Virus record (IMG/VR): IMGVR_UViG_3300031647_000035
Span: 1-31,276 of that record
From: a virus
Taxonomy: Duplodnaviria > Caudoviricetes
Reading direction: 5' to 3' (one strand)
Length of the DNA stretch: 31,276 nucleotides
Shown piece by piece: positions 10,001-17,970 of the stretch. The notes beneath the pieces are model-generated. The model saw nothing but the letters and a program-made list of their open reading frames with translations. It made no database searches and was not told the origin of the DNA. Position 1 is the stretch's first letter, and each line of letters begins with the position of its first letter. A program made the translations under genes and the position numbers.

Positions 10001-10957
10001 CAAGCTCTAGCCGGGTTGAAATCCGCTATTTTTAGTTCTGCTTTAAGGAAAGCTAACAACAAATCCGGTCTTCCGGATGGAAATACTCTTCAAGGGGAGA
10101 TTTTTAGTCAACTTAAAGGAGCAGACCCCTCTGTAAAATTCTCTTTAAAAGACTTTTTAATTAAAAATGATTTGGCTTCTGAAGAAGAAATGGCAGATGT
10201 TCAAAGCGCAATTAAAACGTTACGAGGTGTAGAGGAAGCTTTTGCTACAGGCGATTTTGAAAACGTTCTGTTTAAAAACCCTAGCTTGGCTAAGATGTTT
10301 TATCTTAGGATCGGCGGTGCTACCGCAGGTGGTGCCGTTCAGAGTCAATTAAAGAAGTTTTTGGGATTGCCTTCTATGAGTGGTGGTCTTATAGCAGAAC
10401 AGACGGGTTCTGAGCTTTTCCAGCGAGTACTCCTTAGAGGACCAGAAACTCAAAGAATTAAAGTAATGACTGAAATGTTTTCTAATCCGGCAATGCTTGC
10501 GGAAATGCTTAAAAAAGTAGACGATAAAAAGTCTGCTGATAAAGCCATGAGTGCTATAGAAAAATTTATCTCGCCGCTTGCAAAACAAGTAGGTAGAAGA
10601 ATACCAATAGGTATTCGTGCCGCAGAAGATTCTGAGTTGCTAAATAAAGAAAGGCCAGCCTCCATAGAAGACTATGAGCCCCCAGAAGAAGATCAACCAA
10701 ATATCGATAGAATGAATGCACCCCGAATGCTTACTTTCCCGCCAGTGCGCTCTACTCCCATGGAGTCGTCTAGCGGTCCTGCGCCTAGCCTTCGTCAACC
10801 AGTTTCTGCGGCCCCGCAAAGGCCACCTGTTGAAAGTGTAGCCCCGCAAAGGCAAGCCGCGACACAGTCAGGACAGGTTGACCGGGCTAGGTTTGCAGCC
10901 TTATTCCCCGAAGACAGAGAACTAATGGGCATCGGAAGCCTGATGGAGAACACTTAA
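7085..10957 (+). CDS. Very large putative internal virion/ejection protein (1290 aa)
   Basis: Gly/Ala-rich hydrophobic stretches, mostly helical composition, C-terminal FAALFPED motif; last large gene of the virion block; no catalytic motif recognised. Confidence 0.6.
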   Translation: MTDESLVTLTSPQFEELMQTQGLTGTVQGVLDIANEELETDGVPLTLDNLGDGTHPLLDKLSRYQGLAPDDRKISQEEVLTLFTNVEDFGKYDPQDEGSAKLRSAASGAARVLPETIGAGAGFKAGLAAAGTVAAFIPPAGLPGLAARGLVYGVGGLGGSILGAMAAGRLEDDIVGEAAPVLPSLEASNRFGEAGTMALSLLASPWKLITNIPKAKTGAIEFLENFKNISSGKFVDVADEAFQLYAKNAGLSDKAARKLFETASKARLAGSKKGPMFGGGIGVDIGLSRFNPAGFLLDPRKGTGGARVIGGIEGGIEKSMKFARENPKTFLGTEAAVAAGVGTGAAIAQNTKPYDDDARIVGEVLGSFVVPLPAQVAIDYAPDAIKGVFRTMKNWWGKAENSGKSEGILADSLKKDSAERIMTALQRSVEFEESVDAEGRIITADEKLTRFIKDLGESAKDQKLGADGKPYTPSVATLSEVDKLDFSPTLKTIENELAKSSEDLKVATGRGREELQAGAVNAVRALASTGDPTALAYAARIQQTLFEQNIVDQIEGPITDLTVAARKVVGRDLDGGSNRVDLSEKLYDVLDQQITLSKVRESRLWADVKSYPITEFYSRNGKRLSQPNILQLLDRSSKKGGLRYPTKGTNDYVKEAMGKYSADIEDLRNYFQNGTGRNPANADRFFDLRSGLLERASELRKNGRIKRARDLNKMADALLRDLTGQKDNVSEAYNTARAYTFARNNVFTRTFHSDLQVVDKNRGLALDPKQLLDKAFKGNNLSVARRYEQIRAGGQFLVDQGGMTAEEALVMDADDLMSKALRDSLSKVMEKKVIKNPVAGELGQGLPEETFVVNPKQLENWKKQPGTKELMALIPELELDLADAETAQKSFNNMLGDVANQMSPSKAAKAGFSEEQITRLYANKAFKEVLQFEDPGEAVTLALASEKPTIALRELYRMADEANYKDSDYTKDQALAGLKSAIFSSALRKANNKSGLPDGNTLQGEIFSQLKGADPSVKFSLKDFLIKNDLASEEEMADVQSAIKTLRGVEEAFATGDFENVLFKNPSLAKMFYLRIGGATAGGAVQSQLKKFLGLPSMSGGLIAEQTGSELFQRVLLRGPETQRIKVMTEMFSNPAMLAEMLKKVDDKKSADKAMSAIEKFISPLAKQVGRRIPIGIRAAEDSELLNKERPASIEDYEPPEEDQPNIDRMNAPRMLTFPPVRSTPMESSSGPAPSLRQPVSAAPQRPPVESVAPQRQAATQSGQVDRARFAALFPEDRELMGIGSLMENT

Positions 10958-11439
10958 TGCCTATCTATGAAGACTCTTCTAGGACCACTTTTTTCACGTC
11001 AGACGAACAAGCCCGAATTGATAATCCGGAAAAATACGGGTACACACAGGCTACTTATGACGCTTTTATCGACAGGGCTACGGTTAAGGCTCAAGGAAGA
11101 AGAGAAGCCGAAGCCCGGGCAAAAGAGGCTATACCCGGTAGTTACACACAAGCAGGCTTAGCTTCGACTAATCCGTTCTTTAGCTTGGGCGGATATTCCG
11201 GTCACTCTGGGGGTGAGTTATCCGGAGGCGCGGGATTATCGTTTTACGAAGATGGTGGCATGGTGGCTCCAGAGGCAGATCCGAGTGCCACAGGTATGTT
11301 TCAGTACCTCCAGCAGCCCGGTCAAGGACTACCTCAACAGTCTTTTAACTACGACTACCAGCAAGGCCTGCCCCCTGCGATTAACCAAGGTCTAGGATCG
11401 CTGCCTCAGTTTGGAATGACCAATAAGCTAGGTTACTAA
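10957..11439 (+). CDS. Hypothetical protein (160 aa), shares short motifs with upstream internal proteins
   Basis: TAATG coupling, GGAG RBS; FYEDGGMV and GLGSL motifs; stop overlaps the convergent SNF2 gene stop by 4 bp. Confidence 0.7.
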   Translation: MPIYEDSSRTTFFTSDEQARIDNPEKYGYTQATYDAFIDRATVKAQGRREAEARAKEAIPGSYTQAGLASTNPFFSLGGYSGHSGGELSGGAGLSFYEDGGMVAPEADPSATGMFQYLQQPGQGLPQQSFNYDYQQGLPPAINQGLGSLPQFGMTNKLGY

Positions 11440-12884
11440 CGGAGCCAGCTCTTAGTGTCTTCGCCAAGCACTTGACCCGCTATGTGAATCTTATCGCGTA
11501 GCGCCTGCAAGATCTTTTCATCAATAGTCCCCGGAGAAACAAGGTCGACATACGTTACCTTGTTCTCTTGACCTATCCGATGAGCGCGGTCCTCGGACTG
11601 TAGCCTTATTTCGAGGTCGTAACTGTTGCTAAAGTATATGACTGTGTTGGCCGCGGTCAGTGTAATCCCGTATCCACCTGTTTTAGGCTGCCCTACAAAA
11701 AACCGAAGCTCACTTTCGGGGTCTTGGAACTGATTAACGATGCTTTGTCGATCCTCTTGCTCCGTAGCGCCGTAATAGGTCTTTACCGACTCTTTACCAA
11801 ACCGTTCTTCTAAAGCTTTTGAAATCTCTTGAATATCATGGGTGTAAGTAGCCCAAATAATGGCCTTGCCCTGCACTTCCTCGACTAAAAGCATCAGCTC
11901 ATTAAGCCTGTTGCTCTTGACAATCTGTATTTCACCTTCATCGGGCATTAGGTGTCCACAGCATATTTGCTGTAGACGCATTATTTGAGTCAGTACACTG
12001 GCGGTAGTGGCTAGTTCTCCGTTTTCTAACTGAGCCAAAGCCAGCTTCTTCATCTGCATGTAGAGCTTTACTTGCTCGGGGGTGAGCGACACGTCCCGGC
12101 GGACATACACTTTTTCAGGTAGGTCCAGACAGTCTATCTTCAGCACTCTGTTGCTAAACTTATCTAGCTTTTCGGACAACTCATCTAGCCTGCGATAGCC
12201 CACTATTTGCTGAAAAGAACGATGTCCCATACTCCGTTGTTGAATGTTTGCGTAGCGCGACTGAAAGGCATAATAGCTGTGAAACCCTAGCGCCTTCTCT
12301 GCTAGAAAGCTGCACTGGCTAAACAGGTCCATCGGGCTTTTGGTTACTGGAGAACCTGTCAGAATTCGGCGGTATTTAGACCGCTTTTGAAGCGCCATTA
12401 TATTCTTAGTTCGAGCTGCTTTACGGTTTTTTATAGTAGTTGATTCGTCTACAATGACCATGTTGTCTGGGTTCTGGTAGAGAAACGCTGTGGCTGCGTT
12501 GGTTCCGCGGGAGCTGCTAAACGCTTCTACGTTCATCACAAAGATCTTCAGCACACGGTCCTTAGTGACAATAAACGACGTAAGCTCTTCTTCAAATTTC
12601 TTAGTCTTGCTGGGTATCCATCGGCATATTTGCCGCGGAATACGCTCAGGTAAGTGCAGAGGTATCTCTCCTCTAGACCAGTTATCGTACACACCCTTTG
12701 GCGCTATGATTAACACGGCTTTTAGCTCATCTGCTTCCCAGAGCATAGCCATCGTATCGATAGCCACTTTGGTCTTTCCCGTTCCCATTTCCATCAATAG
12801 AGCGTAGTATTTCTGGTTCCAAGATTCGGCTAAAGCAACTTCTTGGTGCTTGTACGGTTGCGTTTTGTAATCGTAATGCCTCAT
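11436..12884 (-). CDS. SNF2-family (SF2) DNA helicase/ATPase
   Basis: Motif I MEMGTGKT, motif II VDESTTIKN, motif III LTGSPV, motif VI QSEDRAHRIGQ. Confidence 0.93.
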   Translation of the reverse strand: MRHYDYKTQPYKHQEVALAESWNQKYYALLMEMGTGKTKVAIDTMAMLWEADELKAVLIIAPKGVYDNWSRGEIPLHLPERIPRQICRWIPSKTKKFEEELTSFIVTKDRVLKIFVMNVEAFSSSRGTNAATAFLYQNPDNMVIVDESTTIKNRKAARTKNIMALQKRSKYRRILTGSPVTKSPMDLFSQCSFLAEKALGFHSYYAFQSRYANIQQRSMGHRSFQQIVGYRRLDELSEKLDKFSNRVLKIDCLDLPEKVYVRRDVSLTPEQVKLYMQMKKLALAQLENGELATTASVLTQIMRLQQICCGHLMPDEGEIQIVKSNRLNELMLLVEEVQGKAIIWATYTHDIQEISKALEERFGKESVKTYYGATEQEDRQSIVNQFQDPESELRFFVGQPKTGGYGITLTAANTVIYFSNSYDLEIRLQSEDRAHRIGQENKVTYVDLVSPGTIDEKILQALRDKIHIAGQVLGEDTKSWLR

Positions 12885-12907
12885 TTTCTTTCCTTTCGTG
12901 AAACTGC

Positions 12908-12935
12908 TTGACTTGGGTTGAATATACGATAATAT
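12908..12935 (+). promoter_or_regulatory. Putative sigma70 promoter in the divergent SNF2/replication intergenic region
   Basis: TTGACT (12908-12913), 16 bp, TAATAT (12930-12935); overlaps TATACGA, a variant of the recurring motif. Confidence 0.5.
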
Positions 12936-12983
12936 CTTTTTTTGTCAAGGCCCAAACGGTGCCTTTAACAACGAGGAAAGAAA

Positions 12984-13601
12984 ATGAACGATAAATTAAC
13001 ACCTGTAGAGAAAGAAGGTTTAGTCGCCTTAGAGAAAATGATGTTTCAAGATTTTGAAAAGAATCTAGAAACGTCAGTAGAAAACGTCGATCAGGTTGGG
13101 TTGAAAAGTATAGCTGAGTTGGCCCGACAAATCCGAGACATAGAAGAGCTGATCGATGATCAGGAGACCCGTCTCAAAGCTCAAAAGCGTGAACTGCAAA
13201 AACTAACGGACGAAGACTTACCATCAATGATGGCAGAAATTGGGCTGGCTAGTTTTAATCTTGACGACGGCTCGACTGTTGATATTAAGCAGACTTACGG
13301 TGCAAGCATTTTAGTCAAAAATAGACCAGCAGCCTACGATTGGCTTCGTGATCACGACTACGACGACATTATCAAGAACACTGTGTCGTGTCAGTTTGGT
13401 CGAGGCGAGGATGATCGAGCAAACGCCTTTACTGCTTTTTCCGAAGAGCAGGGGTTCTTACCAGAGCAGAAAACAGAGATTCACTCTCAAACACTACGTG
13501 CCTTTGTTAAAGAGCGGTGTGAAGCGGGTGAAGAATTTCCAATGGAGTTGTTTGGCGCTTGGGTCGGACAACGTGCAGTTATAAAGCGAGGCAAAAAATA
13601 A
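12984..13601 (+). CDS. Phage replication-module hypothetical protein (205 aa)
   Basis: GAGG RBS; N-terminal coiled coil, WLRDHDYDDIIKN and IHSQTLRAFVKE blocks; first gene of the replication operon. Confidence 0.8.
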   Translation: MNDKLTPVEKEGLVALEKMMFQDFEKNLETSVENVDQVGLKSIAELARQIRDIEELIDDQETRLKAQKRELQKLTDEDLPSMMAEIGLASFNLDDGSTVDIKQTYGASILVKNRPAAYDWLRDHDYDDIIKNTVSCQFGRGEDDRANAFTAFSEEQGFLPEQKTEIHSQTLRAFVKERCEAGEEFPMELFGAWVGQRAVIKRGKK

Positions 13602-14392
13602 TGACAAAATCAGAAGAAAACAAAGAAGTAGCCGTGAAAGAAACTATTGGTGCCATAGCCGTATTCGATTCCTCTATGTTCGAGGCGGACGCTGGAAAAG
13701 GTATGGAGGGTATGGGTCAGGACGACTTAGCTCTGCCTTTCTTAAAAGTACTGTCAGGTAATGATGATGTTCTCGACTCGAATGAGACTGCAAGGAAAGG
13801 TGACATCTACAACACTGTCACAGGCATCGTCAGCAAAGGTAAGGAAGGTATTCGAGTTATCCCATGCGCCTATCAAAGACGCTTTCTACAGTGGGCCCCT
13901 CGTGGCGTAGGAACTGGTGCGCCAACTGCGATCTACGAACCTGCGGAATCACGTCCAAAGACCGTGCGCTCCTCGGAGGATAACAAGGATTATCTTGAAG
14001 ATGGCAGCGGCGAGTACATCGAAGAGACTCACCAGCACTTTGTCTTGATTATCAATGAGGATGGGATGCTGGAGACAGCATTGATTTCAATGAAGTCGAC
14101 TCAGCTCAAGAAGTCTAGGAAGTGGAACTCTATGATGGCCTCACGCTCTATGAAGGGCGCTAACGGGACGTTTACTCCTCCTAGATATTCACACATCTAT
14201 CACCTTAAAACCATCAGTGAGGAGAACTCGAAGGGCTCATGGCATGGCTGGGAGATGTCTTGTGAAGGGGCCATAACTGATGCGGATATTTACGTGCGGG
14301 CTAAGGCGTTTGCAGAGAGCATCACGTCGGGTGACGTTGTAGTAAAGCATACGGAGGAAGAAGGGTCGGAAGGCAACTCAGCACCTTTTTAA
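13601..14392 (+). CDS. Putative single-stranded DNA-binding protein
   Basis: Start moved to ATG 13601 (TAATG coupling, GAGG RBS); aromatic-rich core, acidic C-tail ending EEEGSEGNSAPF like SSB tails; replication context. Confidence 0.6.
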   Translation: MTKSEENKEVAVKETIGAIAVFDSSMFEADAGKGMEGMGQDDLALPFLKVLSGNDDVLDSNETARKGDIYNTVTGIVSKGKEGIRVIPCAYQRRFLQWAPRGVGTGAPTAIYEPAESRPKTVRSSEDNKDYLEDGSGEYIEETHQHFVLIINEDGMLETALISMKSTQLKKSRKWNSMMASRSMKGANGTFTPPRYSHIYHLKTISEENSKGSWHGWEMSCEGAITDADIYVRAKAFAESITSGDVVVKHTEEEGSEGNSAPF

Positions 14393-14407
14393 GGTAGGTC
14401 TGATATG

Positions 14408-14436
14408 AGCGGGGCTAGGTGCCCCGCTTACTTTTA
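14408..14436 (+). terminator. Probable intrinsic terminator/stem-loop after the SSB-like gene
   Basis: AGCGGGGC-taggt-GCCCCGCT followed by TACTTTT. Confidence 0.65.
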
Positions 14437-14453
14437 CCTTATGGAGTTGCCAG

Positions 14454-15992
14454 ATGTCATTAGATAAATTCAAAGCTGTTTTTGAGGGCCTGAAGCAAGC
14501 ACACGGGTATTTCAAAATTGAAAAGACTTCTGCGAGCGGCAAGGCTCAAGGAAAAGCAGGCGTACTGCGTGAACCGCAGACAGACACCTTGTGGGAAAAC
14601 CATTTGTCCGGGTCCGGTAACGGTCTTGGAATTATACCAATCAACGAAGACAACCACTGCAAGTGGGGGTGTATCGACGTAGACCAGTATCCCCTAGATC
14701 ATCCTATGCTGGTCGATAAGATCAGACGCATGAAGCTACCTCTGGTCGTATGCCGATCTAAGTCAGGTGGGGCTCACCTATTCTTGTTCACAACTCAGTG
14801 GGTTGAAGCCAAGGACATGCAGAAGGCGCTACAAGCCATGGCGGCTGCACTGGGCTATGGCGAGAGTGAGATCTTCCCTAAACAAATAAGACTGCATCTT
14901 GACCGAGGGGATGTGGGCAATTTTCTAAACCTACCTTACTACAACCAAGATACGGGCTTGCGCTACGCTTTCCTTGACGACGGTACTTCTGCCTCATTAG
15001 AGGAGTTTCTAGAGCTTCACAGCCGTTTTGTGCAGACTCCGGAAGAGGTAGTTAAGTTACAGGTAATAGGCAGTGGCGAGACTAAGCTGCTCAATGACGG
15101 GCCCCCTTGCCTACAGATCCTATGTAAAGAAGGCATTAGCGAGGGCGGCAGGAATAACGGGCTTTTTAACATCGGAGTCTATGTCCGAAAGGCTTATCCC
15201 GATAGCTGGGAGTCTGAGATTCTCAGGTACAACATGGAATACATCGCGCCGCCGCTACCTCTTAATGAGGTGAACGTGGTGGCGAAGCAGGTAGAGAAGA
15301 AAGACTATGCGTACAAGTGTAGCGATGCCCCTATTAACTCTCACTGTAACAAAGAGTTGTGTCGGACTAGAAAGTTTGGGATTGGTGCGGCTGTAGCGGG
15401 TGCGACTATTGCCAACTTACGCAAATATAACTCTACGCCTCCTGTCTGGTTTATGGACGTCAACGGCGAACCTCTGGAGATGGACACTGATGCTTTGATG
15501 AATCAGATGACCTTTCAGAAGGCCTGTATGGAACAGCTCAACTTCATGCCCCGGTCGGTTGGCAAACAGCAGTGGGAGAGCCGTATCAGTACTCTCCTTA
15601 ACGAGATGAAGGACGACCAGAGCGCGATTATTGAAGTGGCTGTGGACGCCAGTACCAGCGGTCAGTTCTACGACTACCTCGAAGAGTTTTGCAGACATCT
15701 GCAAGTCGCTCAAGATAAGGAAGAAATACTCCTTCGGAAGCCTTGGACTGACGAAGACCTTGGTCTGACTTACTTTCGGCTAAAAGACTTTGAGAACTTC
15801 CTTAAAAAGAATAAGTTCTTTGAGTACAAGTCTCATCGGATTGCCCAGCGGTTAAGAGATATCAACGGGTCCAGCGTCGTACTTAAAATCAAGAGCAGGG
15901 CTGTACGGGTTTGGAAGATACCCTCCTTTGATACCAGCGACATTGAGATAGATACCCCTAACTTTGGAAACCAGCAGGAGGCACCTTTCTGA
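14454..15992 (+). CDS. AEP-superfamily (Prim-Pol-like) primase with PriCT-like domain
   Basis: WGCIDVD (DxD), RSKSGGAHLF (motif II His), PPCL...EGGRNNGLFN block, Cys/His cluster; no helicase Walker A seen. Confidence 0.75.
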   Translation: MSLDKFKAVFEGLKQAHGYFKIEKTSASGKAQGKAGVLREPQTDTLWENHLSGSGNGLGIIPINEDNHCKWGCIDVDQYPLDHPMLVDKIRRMKLPLVVCRSKSGGAHLFLFTTQWVEAKDMQKALQAMAAALGYGESEIFPKQIRLHLDRGDVGNFLNLPYYNQDTGLRYAFLDDGTSASLEEFLELHSRFVQTPEEVVKLQVIGSGETKLLNDGPPCLQILCKEGISEGGRNNGLFNIGVYVRKAYPDSWESEILRYNMEYIAPPLPLNEVNVVAKQVEKKDYAYKCSDAPINSHCNKELCRTRKFGIGAAVAGATIANLRKYNSTPPVWFMDVNGEPLEMDTDALMNQMTFQKACMEQLNFMPRSVGKQQWESRISTLLNEMKDDQSAIIEVAVDASTSGQFYDYLEEFCRHLQVAQDKEEILLRKPWTDEDLGLTYFRLKDFENFLKKNKFFEYKSHRIAQRLRDINGSSVVLKIKSRAVRVWKIPSFDTSDIEIDTPNFGNQQEAPF

Positions 15993-16141
15993 TGAATGAA
16001 CCGAAAAAAGAACGTAATGAAAAAATAGTTTACATGATCGATCAGAAGAGAATGACTTTGACCGCGGTCGCTAAGTTCTTTGAGATATCTAAGCAAAGAG
16101 TTCAGCAAATCTACACCCGGGAAAAGTCAAAAGGTGTTTAG
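15992..16141 (+). CDS. Small HTH protein (49 aa, sigma70 region-4-like), not in ORF track
   Basis: MNEPKKERNEKIVYMIDQKRMTLTAVAKFFEISKQRVQQIYTREKSKGV*; TLxxVAxxFxISxxRVxQI pattern; GGAGG RBS; TGATG coupling. Confidence 0.8.
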   Translation: MNEPKKERNEKIVYMIDQKRMTLTAVAKFFEISKQRVQQIYTREKSKGV

Positions 16142-17651
16142 AATATTTGGTCCTCCGGGGACAGGTAAGACCACCACGCTTTTAAACATGGTAGATGAGG
16201 CGCTAGAAGCGGGCACACATCCGCATAGGATAGCCTTCCTAGCCTTTACTCGGAAAGCGGCCAACGAAGCTAAGGAAAGAGCCGCGGCAAGGTTTGAGTT
16301 AGACCCTAAGACAGACTTGATACACTTCAGGACTATCCATTCTCTGGCGCTCAACATGACTGATATACGTTCGGAGCAAGTGATGCAGGAGGCTCATTTC
16401 AGGGAGCTGAGTCAGTCGATAGGTGTATCACTGGGCGGATCAAAGACCGCCAACTTTGATGATGATCTCCCTAGCGTAGTAGCCAGCAGTGATCCAATAC
16501 TAGGACTCATAAACCTAGCTAGGCTCAGAAAAGTACCGCTAAGGATGCAGTACAACATCAGCAATCTGGAAGCCGATTGGAACACCGTCAGCTACGTTGA
16601 CAAGTGCTTGCGAGAGTACAAACAGAGCATGGGCCTGTATGATTTTACAGATATGCTGGTGGCTTTTGTGGAGGGGGCGGATCGGTTCTGCCCTCAGTTC
16701 GATCTGTGCTTTCTGGATGAAGCGCAAGACCTCAGCCCTTTGCAGTGGGAGATGGCTCATGCTATCGATGATCATTCAAAGCGGATGTATTGCGCGGGCG
16801 ATGACGATCAGGCTATCTATCGATGGGCTGGTGCCGATGTAGATCACTTCATTAACCTTCCCGGCGGATCAGAGACCCTGTCTCAATCTTATCGGGTCCC
16901 CAAAGCTATCCACAATCTCGCAGAAAGCGTGGTCAAACGTATCTCCCGGCGGTTCCCTAAGAAGTATGAACCTAAGCCCGAGGCGGGCAACGTGACGCGC
17001 ATAAATACCATCACGGCGCTCGACATGTCAGAAGGCTCGTGGCTGATATTGTCCCAAGCGGGATACCAGCTACAGCCCGTGGCCCGGGATTTAAAGTCTA
17101 GTGGGTATCTGTTTGAATACCGCGGACATCGGAGCATTAGTGAGAAGCTTTCCGACTCAGTCAACGGCTGGGAGCAGCTTCGGCAAGGACTCGAAGTGTC
17201 TGGCGAGGTCGCTCGTAAGATCTACACCTTCATGTCTACCGGGAACAGAGTAGCCCGGGGATTTAAGAAGCTGTCAGGGTTAGGAGACACCGACCTTGTC
17301 ACAATGGGAACACTGGTAGACAGCTACGGGCTCAGAGCAGATAAGAGTATGATCTGGTCAGAGGCGATGGATAAGCTGCCGGATGTTGACAGGGCTTACA
17401 TTACTGCTCTACTGCGCCGGGGCGAGAAGTTCAACGGCGTACCGCGGATCACAGCGTCGACCATCCACGGGTCGAAGGGCGGCGAGGCAGATAACGTTGT
17501 TCTATTTACAGACCTTAGCCCTGCCGCGGAAAAGGAAATGAGGGTCAATCCACAAGACATGCACCGGGTGTTCTACGTTGCTATTACCCGGGCGAAAGCT
17601 AACTTATTTATCATAGACGCAGAAGACGTCACGAGGAGTTATGAGTTATGA
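16134..17651 (+). CDS. uvrD: UvrD/Rep-like SF1A DNA helicase
   Basis: GPPGTGKT, DEAQD, GDDDQAIYRWAGA, QSYR, STIHGSKGGE, FYVAITRAK; start moved to GTG 16134. Confidence 0.93.
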   Translation: MFRIFGPPGTGKTTTLLNMVDEALEAGTHPHRIAFLAFTRKAANEAKERAAARFELDPKTDLIHFRTIHSLALNMTDIRSEQVMQEAHFRELSQSIGVSLGGSKTANFDDDLPSVVASSDPILGLINLARLRKVPLRMQYNISNLEADWNTVSYVDKCLREYKQSMGLYDFTDMLVAFVEGADRFCPQFDLCFLDEAQDLSPLQWEMAHAIDDHSKRMYCAGDDDQAIYRWAGADVDHFINLPGGSETLSQSYRVPKAIHNLAESVVKRISRRFPKKYEPKPEAGNVTRINTITALDMSEGSWLILSQAGYQLQPVARDLKSSGYLFEYRGHRSISEKLSDSVNGWEQLRQGLEVSGEVARKIYTFMSTGNRVARGFKKLSGLGDTDLVTMGTLVDSYGLRADKSMIWSEAMDKLPDVDRAYITALLRRGEKFNGVPRITASTIHGSKGGEADNVVLFTDLSPAAEKEMRVNPQDMHRVFYVAITRAKANLFIIDAEDVTRSYEL

Positions 17652-17959
17652 AAAGAAACGACGTTTTGCGAAAAGCCGAAAAGCTGATTAACGGGCAGAG
17701 GGCTAAAGATTATGGGGATGCTTATCACAACCATTGGAGGATAGCCCAAGGATGGAACGTCATCGTACAGGCAGCGTTAGAGGAGGGTGGGACTATTAAA
17801 CCTGCTCATGTTGCACTTATGATGGATTGGGTTAAGACCAGCAGGTTGCTCGGCAGCCTTGATCACCCAGACTCTTGGGTAGACAAGGCAGGGTACACGG
17901 CACTCGGGGCAGAGTTCTCCGAGCGCGAAGGATGCAACACTGAAGACGACTATTATTAA
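17648..17959 (+). CDS. Phage protein, DUF6378-like
   Basis: INGQRAKDYG...VALMMDWVKTSRL...DSWVDKAGY pattern. Confidence 0.8.
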   Translation: MKRNDVLRKAEKLINGQRAKDYGDAYHNHWRIAQGWNVIVQAALEEGGTIKPAHVALMMDWVKTSRLLGSLDHPDSWVDKAGYTALGAEFSEREGCNTEDDYY

Positions 17960-17970
17960 AGGACTTTAAG

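Noticed and set aside
389-10855. Minus-strand and nested ORFs in the virion block (e.g. 389-706, 7537-8082)
   Set aside because: Shadows of long plus-strand genes; the Ser-rich 389-706 ORF is the antisense of the Glu repeat
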